DNA from: an uncultured delta proteobacterium | Lineage (GTDB): Bacteria; Myxococcota; UBA727; VGSZ01 | Length of the DNA stretch: 64,000 nucleotides | Reading direction: 5' to 3' | Assembly (NCBI GenBank): GCA_963775425.1 | Contig: CAVZJB010000008.1 | Coordinates: 160,001-224,000 of the forward strand | Shown: positions 44,817-54,867 of the stretch, one piece after another | How the letters are laid out: every line of letters starts with the position of its first letter | How positions within the stretch are numbered: position 1 is the first letter of the stretch | Position numbers and translations under genes: made by a program | Notes under the pieces: generated by a model | Database searches by the model: none | Seen by the model: only the letters and a program-made list of their open reading frames with translations | What the model was told of the DNA's origin: nothing

Positions 44817-47043
44817 GCGCGTCGCCGGCCGCCGGGCCGGCCCCCCGCGCCTGCCGCGCCGCGCGGGCGGCGGCCAGCCGCGCGAGCAGCACCCGCAGCT
44901 CCGCGGGCTCGCGCATGCGGTAGCGCGCGCGCCGCGGCCGCGGCCCCACGGCCACGGTGACGGCGTCGCCGCGCAAGGCGCCGAACAGCTCGTCGTCGCT
45001 CTGGTCGTCTCCGGCGGCGAGGACCACGTCGCCCGCGGGGAGCGCGGCCACCAGCGCGTCCTTGTGCGTCGCCGCGCTGCGGCCCTCGATGACGCAGTCG
45101 CCGGTGACCACCACCAGGCCGTCGCCGTCGCCGGCGAACGCGGGGCGCGCGGCGACGTGCGCGAGGACGAGGGCGGCGCCGCGCGCGATGCCGGCGCGGC
45201 TCTCCTTGGCCACGCAGCGCACGTGCAGCGCCACCGAGGAGCGCTTGCGCTCGACGAAGCTGCCGGGCGCCTGCGCCGCCACGACGTCGAGGGCGTGGCC
45301 GGCCTCCTCGAGCCAGGGCGGTATCGCGGCCAGGCGCCAGCCGTCGCCGGGCGGGCGCACGTGGGCGCCGTGCTCGGCGTGGAGCCACAGGGGCAGCTCG
45401 CCGAGCCAGGCCTCGATCTCGCCGGCCGCGCGCCCGCTGACGACGTGCACCTGCGTGCCCGGGCACGCGGCGAGCGCCGCCAGCAGCGCGCGCGTCTCGT
45501 CGTCGGGGGCGGCCTGGCTGGGCGTGGCCTCGATGGGCACGAGGGTGCCGTCGTAGTCGAGGACGACGGAGAGGCCGGCGGCGTCGGCGGCGCGCGCGAG
45601 ATCGTCTTCGAGGGGATCGGCGCGCGAGGCGGCGGCGCGCGCGAGGCGGTCGATGAAGTCGGCGGCCCAGCGCGCGACGCCGGCGCTCTTGAGGTGCCGG
45701 CGCATGCCGGCCATGCGGACCCGCTGCTCGTCTTCGGGCATGGCGGCGGCGAGGCGCATCATGCGCGCCATGGCGGCGATGTCGAAGGGGTTCACGAGGA
45801 GCGCGGCGTCGAGCTCGTCGGCGGCGCCGGCGAGCTCCGAGAGCACGAGCACGCCTTGCTCGTCGACGCGGGAGGCGCAGTACTCCTTGCACACGAGGTT
45901 CATGCCGTCGCGCAGCGGGGTGACCACCATGACGTCGGCCGCGCAGTACAGCGCCACGAGCTCCTCGAAGGGCACCTCGCGGTAGAGGAAGTGGATGGGC
46001 ATGCCCACGGCGCTGCCGTGCTTGCCGTTGATGCGCCCGACGAGCTCGTCGATCTCCTTCTTGAAGGCGGCGTAGGCGCCGACGTGCTCGCGGGTGGGGA
46101 CGGCGACTTGCACGAACTGCACGGCGTCGGCGAGCGCGGGCGCCTCCTCGAGCAGGCGCTCGAAGGCGGTGAGGCGGGCGGGGATGCCCTTGGTGTAGTC
46201 GAGGCGATCGACCCCGAGGAAGATCTTGCGGCCGTGCGCGTCCTCGCGCAGCGCCCGCACGCGCGCCTGCACGCCGGGCTCGTGCGCGGCGCGCTCGAAG
46301 CGCTCGACGTCGACGCTGATGGGCGCGACGGCGACCTCGGCGACGTGCCCGGCGTAGGCCACGCGATCGCCGTCGACGCGCGCGCCGAGGAGCCGGGCGG
46401 CGGCGTCCTTCAGGTGCTCGGCGTAGCCCGCCGTGTGCACGCCGACGACGTCCGCGCCGAGCATGCCGGCGAGCACCTCCTCGTGCCAGGGCAGCACGCG
46501 GAACAGATCCGCGGGCGGGAAGGGCACGTGCAGGAAGTAGCCGACGGCGGCGCCGGGGGTGCGGGCGCGCACCTCGCCGGGGACGAGCGCGAGCTGGAAG
46601 TCATGCACCCACAACAGCCCGTCGCCGCCGCCGTGCGCGAGCGCGGCGTCGGCGAAGCGCGCGTTCACCGCGCGGTAGGCGAGCCAGGCGTCCTCGGCGT
46701 CGAGCGGCAGCCGATCGAGGTCGGCGTGGAAGAGCGGCCACAGCACGCCGCTGGCGAAGCCCTCGTAGAAGCGCTCGCGCTCGGTGGTGCTCAGAAAGAG
46801 CGGGACGATGTCGAGCGCGGCGAGAGCGGCGGTGACCTCGTCCTGCCGCTCGTCCTCGACGTCGCCGGGCCAGCCGAGCCAGAGCGCGCCGCGCTCGCGT
46901 TGCACCTCGCGCAGCGCCGTGGCGACGCCGCCGGAGGACGGCACGACGTCGACGGCCCCGCCGGGGCGCTGCACGACGCGGACCGGCAAGCGGTTCGACA
47001 CGAGCAGGAGCTGACCGGGGGGCGATGGAGGAGCCGGCCGCAT
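44803..47043 (-). CDS. bifunctional trehalose-6-phosphate synthase/phosphatase (OtsA-OtsB fusion)
   Basis: VSNRLP, SSGG, WVHDFQL, FLHVPFP, GVDRLDYTKGI, DGMNLVCKEY; HAD motifs LDYDGTL, AEHG, GDD..D. Confidence 0.94.
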   Translation of the reverse strand: MRPAPPSPPGQLLLVSNRLPVRVVQRPGGAVDVVPSSGGVATALREVQRERGALWLGWPGDVEDERQDEVTAALAALDIVPLFLSTTERERFYEGFASGVLWPLFHADLDRLPLDAEDAWLAYRAVNARFADAALAHGGGDGLLWVHDFQLALVPGEVRARTPGAAVGYFLHVPFPPADLFRVLPWHEEVLAGMLGADVVGVHTAGYAEHLKDAAARLLGARVDGDRVAYAGHVAEVAVAPISVDVERFERAAHEPGVQARVRALREDAHGRKIFLGVDRLDYTKGIPARLTAFERLLEEAPALADAVQFVQVAVPTREHVGAYAAFKKEIDELVGRINGKHGSAVGMPIHFLYREVPFEELVALYCAADVMVVTPLRDGMNLVCKEYCASRVDEQGVLVLSELAGAADELDAALLVNPFDIAAMARMMRLAAAMPEDEQRVRMAGMRRHLKSAGVARWAADFIDRLARAAASRADPLEDDLARAADAAGLSVVLDYDGTLVPIEATPSQAAPDDETRALLAALAACPGTQVHVVSGRAAGEIEAWLGELPLWLHAEHGAHVRPPGDGWRLAAIPPWLEEAGHALDVVAAQAPGSFVERKRSSVALHVRCVAKESRAGIARGAALVLAHVAARPAFAGDGDGLVVVTGDCVIEGRSAATHKDALVAALPAGDVVLAAGDDQSDDELFGALRGDAVTVAVGPRPRRARYRMREPAELRVLLARLAAARAARQARGAGPAAGDALTQD

Positions 47044-47172
47044 ACCCATTCGTATGAACCCGGGGCGGACCGGGACAGGCACGCGCGCGCGGGCCGCGCG
47101 GACGGACGCGCACCCGGGTGAGCGGGCCCACCGCGCATGGCCGGGCGGTCCGGCTTGGTGTAGACGGGCGCC

Positions 47173-48321
47173 ATGACGACGACGTTCTTTCAAGAGGAGC
47201 ACGAGCTGTTCCGCCGCACCCTGCGCGAGCTCATCGCGCGCGAGCTCGCGCCCCACGTCGACGAGTGGGAGGCCGCGGGCCTCTTCCCGCGCGAGGTCTT
47301 TCGGCGCTGCGGGGAGCTCGGCTTCCTCGGCGCGCATTACCCCGAGGAGGTCGGCGGCGCCGGCGGCGACGGCCTGTACGCGGTGGTCTGGGGCGAGGAG
47401 CTCGCGCGCATCGGCGCCGTCGGCGTGGCGACGTCGCTCGCGGTGCAGACGGACATGGCTACGCCCATCATCCAGGCGCTCGGCACGCGGGAGCAGAAGG
47501 CCGAGTTCCTCACGCCCGCGCTGCGCGGCGAGAAGATCGCCGCCATCGGCATCACCGAGCCCGGCTGCGGCTCCGACGTCGCGGCGCTCCGCACCACGGC
47601 CAGGCGGGACGGCGGCGACCTCGTCATCAACGGCGCCAAGTGCTGGATCACCAACGGCACGCGCGCGGACTTCATCACGCTCGCCGTGCGCACCGGCGGC
47701 GAGGGGCACAAGGGCATCTCGCTCGTGCTCTTCCCCACCGACGTGAAGGGCTTCACGGTCACCAAGAAGATCAAGAAGGTCGGGCAGCACGCCTCGGACA
47801 CCGCGGAGCTGTCGTTCGAGGACTGCCGCATCCCCGCGCGCAACATCCTCGGCGAGGAGAACCGCGGCTTCACGTACATCATGAAGAACTTCCAGAGCGA
47901 GCGGCTCATCGTCGCCGTCATCGGCGTCGCTTCGTGCGACTTCGCTCTCGAACGCACCGTGCAGTACACCAAGGACCGCTCGGTGTTCGGCCGCCCGGTG
48001 CTCGGCCACCAGGTGTGGCAGCACACGTTCGCGACGCTGAAGACCAAGGTGGAGGCGGCTCGCTGGCTCACCTATCGCGCGGCGGACCTTCACGCCCACG
48101 GCGAGGACGCCACCACCGAGGTCACCATGGCCAAGCTGTTCGCGTGCGAGCTGGTCAACGAGGTCGCCGATCGCTGCGTGCAGGCCCACGGCGGCTACGG
48201 GTACTCCGACGAATTCCCCATCTCGCGCTTCTGGCGCGACGCCCGCGCCTTCAACATCGGCGGCGGCTCGAGCGAGGTGATGCGGGAGATCCTGGCCAAG
48301 CGCCTCGGCTACGCCGGATGA
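47173..48321 (+). CDS. acyl-CoA dehydrogenase
   Basis: PEEVGGAG, ITEPGCGSD, INGAKCWITNG, QAHGGYGY, IGGGSSEVM. Confidence 0.96.
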   Translation: MTTTFFQEEHELFRRTLRELIARELAPHVDEWEAAGLFPREVFRRCGELGFLGAHYPEEVGGAGGDGLYAVVWGEELARIGAVGVATSLAVQTDMATPIIQALGTREQKAEFLTPALRGEKIAAIGITEPGCGSDVAALRTTARRDGGDLVINGAKCWITNGTRADFITLAVRTGGEGHKGISLVLFPTDVKGFTVTKKIKKVGQHASDTAELSFEDCRIPARNILGEENRGFTYIMKNFQSERLIVAVIGVASCDFALERTVQYTKDRSVFGRPVLGHQVWQHTFATLKTKVEAARWLTYRAADLHAHGEDATTEVTMAKLFACELVNEVADRCVQAHGGYGYSDEFPISRFWRDARAFNIGGGSSEVMREILAKRLGYAG

Positions 48322-48513
48322 ACCGCGAAGCCGAGCTCCGGCTCCTCGAGCGCGCGCTCCAAAACGTCGCCGCCAGGGCGAGCGCCGGTGTCTTTGTACA
48401 CGAGCGCCGCGCAGCTCGCGCGCGAGCGGGCCACGGTGCTGCGCGCGCTGCCGCTCGTGGTGGGCTTCTCGTCGCAGGTGGCGGCGCCGGGCGCGTTCAT
48501 CACGCGCACCTGA
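48318..48513 (+). pseudogene. 5' fragment of a Rieske ring-hydroxylating oxygenase alpha subunit, frameshifted
   Basis: MNREAELRLLERALQNVAA then, in another frame, PVSLYTSAAQLARERATVLRALPLVVGFSSQVAAPGAFIT-RT-stop, resembling the pre-Rieske Y..ERE..VG..S.V..PG.F.T segment; ends before the CxH motif. Confidence 0.6.
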
Positions 48514-48542
48514 TCAGCGTTCTAAGGGCCCTCGAACGTCGG

Positions 48543-50072
48543 TCACCCGATGTATTCGTCGTGGGTGCGGTCGAGGTTGTCGAAGCGCGTGATGTTGCTG
48601 AAGAAGCGCAGCTCGATGGTGCCGGTGGGTCCGTTTCTGTGCTTGGCGACGATGATCTCGGCGATGCCGAGCTTGTCCTCCGGCGTCTTCTCCTTGGCGT
48701 AGTACTCCTCGCGGTAGAGGAACGCGATGACGTCGGCGTCCTGCTCGATGGCGCCGGACTCGCGCAGGTCGCTCATCATGGGCCGCTTGTCGGTGCGCGA
48801 CTCCACGCCGCGGTTGAGCTGAGACAGCGCGATCACCGGGATGCTCAGCTCGCGCGCGATGGTCTTCAGCCCCTTGCTGATCTCGCCGACCTCGGTGGCC
48901 TTGTTGTCGTACCCCGGCGGCCCCTGCATGAGCTGGAGGTAGTCGACGATCACCATGGAGATGCCCGTCTCGTGCATCTGCCGCCGGCACTTGTTGCGCA
49001 TCTCGGCCACCGAGATGGACGGCGTCTCGTCGATGAAGAACGGAGCCTCGCTCAAGCGCCCCGCCGCCTCCGCGAGCTTCGACCACTCGTGGCGCTGGAT
49101 GAAGCCGCGGCGGATGTTGGAGATGTCGATGCGCGCCTCGCTGCCGATGAGGCGCTGCACGAGCTGGTCGGCGCCCATCTCGAGGGAGAAGAACATCACG
49201 GGCTTCTGCAGGCGGGTGGCCACGTGCGACGCGACGTTCAAGGTGAAGGCCGTCTTTCCCATGGAGGGGCGGGCGGCCACGACGATGAGCTCGCCGGGCT
49301 GAAAGCCGCTGGTGATGTTGTCGAGGTCGCGGAAGCCGCAGGCGGTGCCCGTGATGGCGCTCTTGTTGTTGAAGGCCTTTTCGAGCTGCTTGGTGGCGCG
49401 GTCGACGAGCTCGCGCATGGGCACGATGCCCTTCTTGGTGTGGCCCTCGCTGATGGCGAGGATCTCGCGCTCGGCGTCGTCGATGATCTCGGTGACGCGC
49501 TTGTCCTGGCGGTACGCGCTCTGGACGATGTCGGTGGCGGACTCGATCAGGCTCCGCAGCGTGCTCTTTTCGCGGACGAGACGCGCGTAGGCGGCGACGT
49601 GCGCGGCCGTGGGCATCTGCGCCTCGAGCTGTGCGACGGCGGCGGCGCCGCCGACGGCCTGGAGCTGTCCGCGGCGCAGGAGCTCGTCGACGACGGTGAG
49701 CACGTCGATGGAGTCGGCCGCGGCGTGCAGCTCCTGGATGGCGCGGAAGATGGTGCCGTGCGCCGGGCGATAGAAGTCCTCCGGCCGCAGGCCCTCGTCG
49801 ATGACGTGCTCGTAGCTCGACGGCTCGAGCAGGAGCGCCCCGAGCACCGCGCGCTCGGCGTCGAGCGCGGAGGGCGGCGTGCGCGCGCGCTTGAGGACGT
49901 CGGCCGCGGTCTCGCTGGCGGTGAGCGCGGTGCGCTTCTGGATCTCCTCGAGGACGGCGCCGAGGGGGACGAGCGCCTCTTCGCCCTCGCCGTCGTCCCC
50001 GTCCCCCACCTCGCCGTCGTCGTCGCGCGGTCGCGGGTCTTCGAGCTCGTCTTCGGTCTCGGTGGGCGCCAT
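48543..50072 (-). CDS. dnaB: replicative DNA helicase
   Basis: AERAVLG, AARPSMGKT, FSLEM, VDYLQL, ALSQLNR, SDLRESGAIEQDAD, KHRNGP. Confidence 0.98.
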   Translation of the reverse strand: MAPTETEDELEDPRPRDDDGEVGDGDDGEGEEALVPLGAVLEEIQKRTALTASETAADVLKRARTPPSALDAERAVLGALLLEPSSYEHVIDEGLRPEDFYRPAHGTIFRAIQELHAAADSIDVLTVVDELLRRGQLQAVGGAAAVAQLEAQMPTAAHVAAYARLVREKSTLRSLIESATDIVQSAYRQDKRVTEIIDDAEREILAISEGHTKKGIVPMRELVDRATKQLEKAFNNKSAITGTACGFRDLDNITSGFQPGELIVVAARPSMGKTAFTLNVASHVATRLQKPVMFFSLEMGADQLVQRLIGSEARIDISNIRRGFIQRHEWSKLAEAAGRLSEAPFFIDETPSISVAEMRNKCRRQMHETGISMVIVDYLQLMQGPPGYDNKATEVGEISKGLKTIARELSIPVIALSQLNRGVESRTDKRPMMSDLRESGAIEQDADVIAFLYREEYYAKEKTPEDKLGIAEIIVAKHRNGPTGTIELRFFSNITRFDNLDRTHDEYIG

Positions 50073-50178
50073 CGCAGTGCACTATCGTTCGCGCTGTCGT
50101 GCCTGCCAAACCCGATCGAACTTCCCACAGCTTTGCCCCGCCCGGGGCTGCGGCGTGGTGGCGCGTGCGGCGGCGGCC

Positions 50179-50679
50179 GTGATCGCGCCGCTCCTGCTGC
50201 TGCTTCATGTCGCGGTGCCCACCGACCCGGTGGATCGCCGCCCGCCCCCGTCCGCGCCGCCGGCGTCGCCCCCGGCGGCGGAGGCGACGCCGGGGGCGCG
50301 CGCGATCGCGGCGACGAGCGCGGGCCTCGGGGGCGCCGCGGGCGCGGTGGTGGGTGCGTCGACGGCGCTCCTGGCGGGGGCGGCGCTGTCGGGGTTCAAC
50401 AGCGACGCGGGCGCGGTGCCGCTGTTCGTGTTGCCGCCGGCGCTGTCGGCGCTCGGCGCCGGGGCGGCGGGCGGCGCGGCGGGCGGCGGGGCCGCGCTGT
50501 GGGCGGCGGGCGTGGCGGGGCTCGCCGGGGCGGGCGGGGCGACGGTGGCGGTGGAGCTGTTCGTCCTCAATAACGGCTCGGTGCAGTCGGGCGCGGACCT
50601 GCTCACGGTGGTCGCGGTGCCGGCGCTCGCGGGCGGGGCGTGCGCGGCGGCGGCGGCGGCGCTGTTCGCCGGGCCGTGA
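50179..50679 (+). CDS. hypothetical Gly/Ala-rich membrane protein
   Basis: Signal-like segment, Pro linker, hydrophobic glycine-rich helices; start uncertain. Confidence 0.5.
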   Translation: MIAPLLLLLHVAVPTDPVDRRPPPSAPPASPPAAEATPGARAIAATSAGLGGAAGAVVGASTALLAGAALSGFNSDAGAVPLFVLPPALSALGAGAAGGAAGGGAALWAAGVAGLAGAGGATVAVELFVLNNGSVQSGADLLTVVAVPALAGGACAAAAAALFAGP

Positions 50680-50768
50680 GCGCCGGGCCCACGGGGAGCG
50701 GCCGCGCCGGATCGGAGCGCTCGACGCGCCGGGGAACGTGGCTATGCTCTCGCAGACCCGGAGGTCGG

Positions 50769-50975
50769 ATGTTCGAGTACGCGCTCCCCGACAGCACGCC
50801 CGCCGCCCCGAAGAAGGCCGGCGGCGACAAGCCTGACGACGACAAGAAGAAAGACGAGCCCAAGAAGGACGACGACAAGGGGAAGCCCGTTCGCACCCAG
50901 ATGATCGGCGAGAAGCCCGGCGACGACCTCGGCTACGACCCGAAGAAGATCCCGGTCGAGCCGATCCCGGACTGA
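50769..50975 (+). CDS. small Asp/Lys/Pro-rich protein (68 aa)
   Basis: GGAGG RBS just upstream of ATG; codons almost all G/C-ending. Confidence 0.65.
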   Translation: MFEYALPDSTPAAPKKAGGDKPDDDKKKDEPKKDDDKGKPVRTQMIGEKPGDDLGYDPKKIPVEPIPD

Positions 50976-50985
50976 CGCCCGCGGC

Positions 50986-52077
50986 ATGACCCCGCGCCCT
51001 GCAGCGACCCCGCGCCCGTCCCGGGGCGGCGTCCCGGCGGCGCTCGGCGCCGCGCTCTTGTTCGGCGCGGGGGCGCCCGCTGCCAAGGCGCTCGCCGGCG
51101 AGGTGTCGTCGGCGCTGGTCCTGGCCGGCCTGCTCTATCTCGGCAGCGGCCTCGGCCTCGCGATCGTCCATGCCGTGCAGCGCGCCCGCGGACGCGCCGT
51201 CGCGCCGCTGCCGCGCGAGGGGCGCGCGCGCTTCGCCGCCGCCGTCGTCGTCGGCGGCGTGGCCGCGCCCGCGCTCTTGATGCTCGGCCTCGCGCGCGCG
51301 CCCGCCTCGACGGCTTCGTTGCTGTTGAACCTCGAAGGCGTGCTGACGGCGCTCGTGGCCTGGACCGTGTTTCGCGAGCACACGCACGCGAGGAACGTCG
51401 CCGGCTTCGCGTGCGTTGCCGCGGGCGCCGTCCTCCTGACGGCGTCGCCGGGCGCGTGGGGCGGCCTGCGCGGCGCCGGCCTCGAGGGCGGCGGGCTGAT
51501 CGCCGGCGCGTGCGCGTGCTGGGCCCTCGACAACAACCTCACGCGCGCGGTGTCGTCGGCGGACCCCGTGCGCGTCGCCATGATCAAGGGCCTCGCCGCC
51601 GGCGCCACCAACACCGCCCTCGGCCTCGCCTTCGCGGGCGGCGCCCTCCCCGGCGCGCGCGTCGTCGCCGCGGCGCTCGTCGTGGGCTTCTTCGCCTACG
51701 GCGTGAGCCTCGTGCTCTTCGTCGTCGCGCTCCGCCACCTCGGCACTGCCCGCACGGGGGCCTACTTCTCGACGGCGCCGTTCGCCGGCGCGCTGCTTTC
51801 GCTCGCGCTCCTCCACGAAGCGCCCACCCTCGCCCTCGGCGCCGCCGGCGTGCTCATGGCCGCCGGCGTCGCCTTGCACGCGAGCGAGCGTCACGCGCAC
51901 GAGCACGTGCACGAGCCCGTGCTCCACAGCCACGCCCACGTCCACGACGAGCACCACCGCCACGCGCACCCGCCCGGCGTCGATGTCGGCGAGCCCCATG
52001 TGCACGAGCACGTCCACGACCGCCTCGTGCACGCGCACGCCCACGCCCCGGACATCCACCACCGCCACGACCATTGA
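50986..52077 (+). CDS. DMT/EamA-family transporter with His-rich C-terminal tail
   Basis: About 10 TMs, ASLLLNLE, WALDNNLT, LGTARTGAYF; C-terminal HxH repeats ending PDIHHRHDH. Confidence 0.88.
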   Translation: MTPRPAATPRPSRGGVPAALGAALLFGAGAPAAKALAGEVSSALVLAGLLYLGSGLGLAIVHAVQRARGRAVAPLPREGRARFAAAVVVGGVAAPALLMLGLARAPASTASLLLNLEGVLTALVAWTVFREHTHARNVAGFACVAAGAVLLTASPGAWGGLRGAGLEGGGLIAGACACWALDNNLTRAVSSADPVRVAMIKGLAAGATNTALGLAFAGGALPGARVVAAALVVGFFAYGVSLVLFVVALRHLGTARTGAYFSTAPFAGALLSLALLHEAPTLALGAAGVLMAAGVALHASERHAHEHVHEPVLHSHAHVHDEHHRHAHPPGVDVGEPHVHEHVHDRLVHAHAHAPDIHHRHDH

Positions 52078-52184
52078 GCGGGTCGCCGCCCGCGGATGTC
52101 GGGCGCCGCGACGGCGCGGCCGCGCGGGCCGCGGATTGCGCCGCCGGCCGAGCCGTCGCATACGGCCCGTGTCGGAGGGACGTC

Positions 52185-52892
52185 GTGAACCGAAGAGAAG
52201 CCATCGCATCGCTCGCCGCCGGCGCAGGGGTGCTCGCCGCCGACCGCGCGCTCGCCGGGGCCCCGCGCCCGTCGTCGACGTCCCGGGCGCGCCCCGGGAA
52301 CGCGCCGTCGCCGCGGCCGCTGCCGTTCGACCCCAAGAAGCTGCGCGGGCTCTCCGAGAAGCTCATCACGAGCCATCACGACCACAACTACGCGGGCGCG
52401 GTGAAGAACCTCGCCAAGGTGCGCGAGGAGCTCGCGGCGACGACCAGGAGCACGCCCGCCTTCGTGGTCGGGGCGTTGCGCGAGCGTGAGCTCCTCTACT
52501 TCGGCTCGATGACGCTACACGAGATCTACTTCGACTGCCTCGGCGGCGACGGCAAGCCCGGCGGCGCCGTGGCCCGCGCGTTGCCGCCCCGCTGGGAGGA
52601 GGAGCTGCGGGCGACGGCGATGAGCCTCGGCGGCGGCAGCGGCTGGGCGACGCTGTCGATGTCGCTGCACACCGGCGAGCTCTTCGTCGGCTGGTCGGGC
52701 AACCACACGCAGTCTCTGGCGTCGTCGACGCCCCTGCTCGCGCTCGACATGTACGAGCACGCCTACGCCATGGACTACGGCGCGTCGCATCCCAAGTACA
52801 TCGACGCCTTCCTCTCGAACGTCCGTTGGGACGAGGTCGATCGCCGCCACCAGCGCGCGCTCGCGGCGCACGCCGCGCTGAAGCAGGCCTGA
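52185..52892 (+). CDS. Fe/Mn superoxide dismutase, ChrC-like, with Tat-type signal
   Basis: GGAGG RBS, GTG-NRRE signal; GLSEKLITSHHDHNY, LHEIYF, GSGWA, DMYEHAY..DYG. Confidence 0.88.
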   Translation: MNRREAIASLAAGAGVLAADRALAGAPRPSSTSRARPGNAPSPRPLPFDPKKLRGLSEKLITSHHDHNYAGAVKNLAKVREELAATTRSTPAFVVGALRERELLYFGSMTLHEIYFDCLGGDGKPGGAVARALPPRWEEELRATAMSLGGGSGWATLSMSLHTGELFVGWSGNHTQSLASSTPLLALDMYEHAYAMDYGASHPKYIDAFLSNVRWDEVDRRHQRALAAHAALKQA

Positions 52893-52904
52893 GGGAGGCG
52901 GCGC

Positions 52905-53987
52905 ATGTCCCTCCCGCGGCCCCTCTCGTCGCTGACGCCGCCAACCGTCGTCGTCGCCGCGCTCGCCGCCGCGGCCTTCGCCGGCGTCGCGCTCGCCGGG
53001 ACGGCACCGCCGGCGCCGGTGGCCCTGCCCGGGACGGCCGGCGGCGCGGTCGGCTTCGACGACCTCCAGTTCTCGAAGGAGCTCGGTCGCGTCGTCGTCC
53101 CCGCCGGCGCCACGCGCAAGATCCACCTCGTCGACCCCGCGTCGCGCGCGGTGTCGACGACGCTCGCGCTGCCGGGTGCGGCGTCCGCGCTCGCGGCACC
53201 GCGGTCGGCGAGGGGCACCGGTCACGGCGACGGCACCACGTCGGCGGTGGTCGCGCACGGCGCGCTGTTCGCCGCCGACCGCAGCGCGCGCACGCTCGTC
53301 GTCGTCGACGTCGCGAGCGGCGCCCTCCTCGCCACCGCGGCGCTGTCCGCGGGCCCCGACTACGTGCGCGTCGTCGACAGGGCCGGCGAGGTGTGGGTCA
53401 CCGAGCCGCACGGAAAGCGCATCGAGGTCTTCTCCATCCGTCGGGGCCCACCGGCCGCGGGCGCCTCCGGGGCGCCGGTCGCGGGCCTCGCGCGCGCCGC
53501 CGTCATCGAGGTCCCCGACGGGCCGGAGTCGCTCGTGGTCGACGAGGCGCGCGGCCGCGCCTACACCAACGCCTGGCGCGCGCGCACCTTCGCCCTCGAC
53601 CTGCACAAGCGCGCCGTCGTCGACACCTGGCAAAACGGCTGCGGCGGCGCGCGCGGCGCCGCGCTCGACGACGCCGGCGGCGCGCTCCTCGTCGCGTGCA
53701 CCGACGGCCGCGTGGTCGCGCTCGACGTCGCCACCGGCGAGGTGCGCGGCACGCTCCACACGCCCGTGCACGACGTCGACATCATCGCGTTCGCCCCCGC
53801 GCTCCGCCACGTCTACGTCCCCGGCGACGGCGCCATGACCATCGCGTCGGTCGCGAAGGACGGCGCCATGGCCGCGCTCGCCACGGTGCCCACGGCGCCC
53901 GGCGCCCACTGCGTCGTCGCCGACGACCACGCGCAGGCGTGGGTGTGCGATCCCTCGCACGGGCGCCTGCTCGTCGTCTCCGATTGA
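52905..53987 (+). CDS. exported YncE-like beta-propeller protein
   Basis: GGAGG RBS, signal peptide, VGFDD, PDYVR, VWVTEP, GPESL, repeated blade pattern. Confidence 0.75.
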   Translation: MSLPRPLSSLTPPTVVVAALAAAAFAGVALAGTAPPAPVALPGTAGGAVGFDDLQFSKELGRVVVPAGATRKIHLVDPASRAVSTTLALPGAASALAAPRSARGTGHGDGTTSAVVAHGALFAADRSARTLVVVDVASGALLATAALSAGPDYVRVVDRAGEVWVTEPHGKRIEVFSIRRGPPAAGASGAPVAGLARAAVIEVPDGPESLVVDEARGRAYTNAWRARTFALDLHKRAVVDTWQNGCGGARGAALDDAGGALLVACTDGRVVALDVATGEVRGTLHTPVHDVDIIAFAPALRHVYVPGDGAMTIASVAKDGAMAALATVPTAPGAHCVVADDHAQAWVCDPSHGRLLVVSD

Positions 53988-54084
53988 GCACGCCGCCCCC
54001 CCGGCGGCCCGGCCGCCCACGCGCCGCGGGCGGCGGGGTACAAGGGGCGCGGAGGTCCATGTGGCGGCGCCGCGCACGGCGGTC

Positions 54085-54801
54085 ATGGCGAACGTCGCGA
54101 GCACCCTCGCCGTGCAGCACCTCACGGTGCGGCGCGGCGACGCCGTGGTCGTCGACGACGTCAGCTTCGAGGTGAAGCCGCTCGAGCTTCACGGCCTCGT
54201 GGGCCAAAACGGCGCCGGCAAGACCAGCGTGCTCGAGGCGGTCGCCGGCCTCGTCGACGCCGCCGGCGACGTCCTCCTCGGCCCCGTCCCCCTCGACCGT
54301 GAGCACCGACGCCAGCACGTCTTCTACGTCCCCGACGGGTCGCCGCCGTTTCCCGACGAGCGCGCCGCCGACGTCGTCGGCTTCGCCGCGAGGAGCCTCG
54401 GCGTCGAAGGCGCCGCCCGCGACGACGTCATCGAGCGCCTCGAGCTCCGCGCGTTCCTGCATCGCCGCATGCGTCACCTGCGAAAGGGGGAGCGCAAGCG
54501 CGTGCTGCTCGGCATCGCACTCCTCGTCCCCGAGGGCTTCGTCCTCGTCGACGAGCCCTTCGACGGCCTCGACCTCAAGGAGGCGCGCGCGCTCACCAAC
54601 GTGCTGCGCACCTCGACCAACGAGAAGCGCTCGCTGCTGTGTGCCTTGCAGAGCGCCGGCGACGCCGAGCGGCTGTGCGACCGCTTCACGCTGATGTCGC
54701 GCGGCCGCGTGGCCGGCGCCGGCGCGCTCCACGAGCTGCGCGCGCACGCCCGGGCCCACGCGGGTGCGCCGCTCGAGGAGGTGCTGCTTGCGCTGTCGTG
54801 A
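54085..54801 (+). CDS. ABC transporter ATP-binding protein
   Basis: GQNGAGKTS, LRKGERKR signature variant, LVDEPFDGLD. Confidence 0.85.
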   Translation: MANVASTLAVQHLTVRRGDAVVVDDVSFEVKPLELHGLVGQNGAGKTSVLEAVAGLVDAAGDVLLGPVPLDREHRRQHVFYVPDGSPPFPDERAADVVGFAARSLGVEGAARDDVIERLELRAFLHRRMRHLRKGERKRVLLGIALLVPEGFVLVDEPFDGLDLKEARALTNVLRTSTNEKRSLLCALQSAGDAERLCDRFTLMSRGRVAGAGALHELRAHARAHAGAPLEEVLLALS

Positions 54802-54867
54802 CGGGCACGCACCGCTCGTCGGGGCCGCCGCGCCGCTCGCCGGCAGCCACGCGCGAGGAGCCGTGCG

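Noticed and set aside
48543-50072. Possible intein or fusion in DnaB (509 aa)
   Set aside because: Extra length is an acidic N-terminal extension; helicase motifs are contiguous with no intein signatures.
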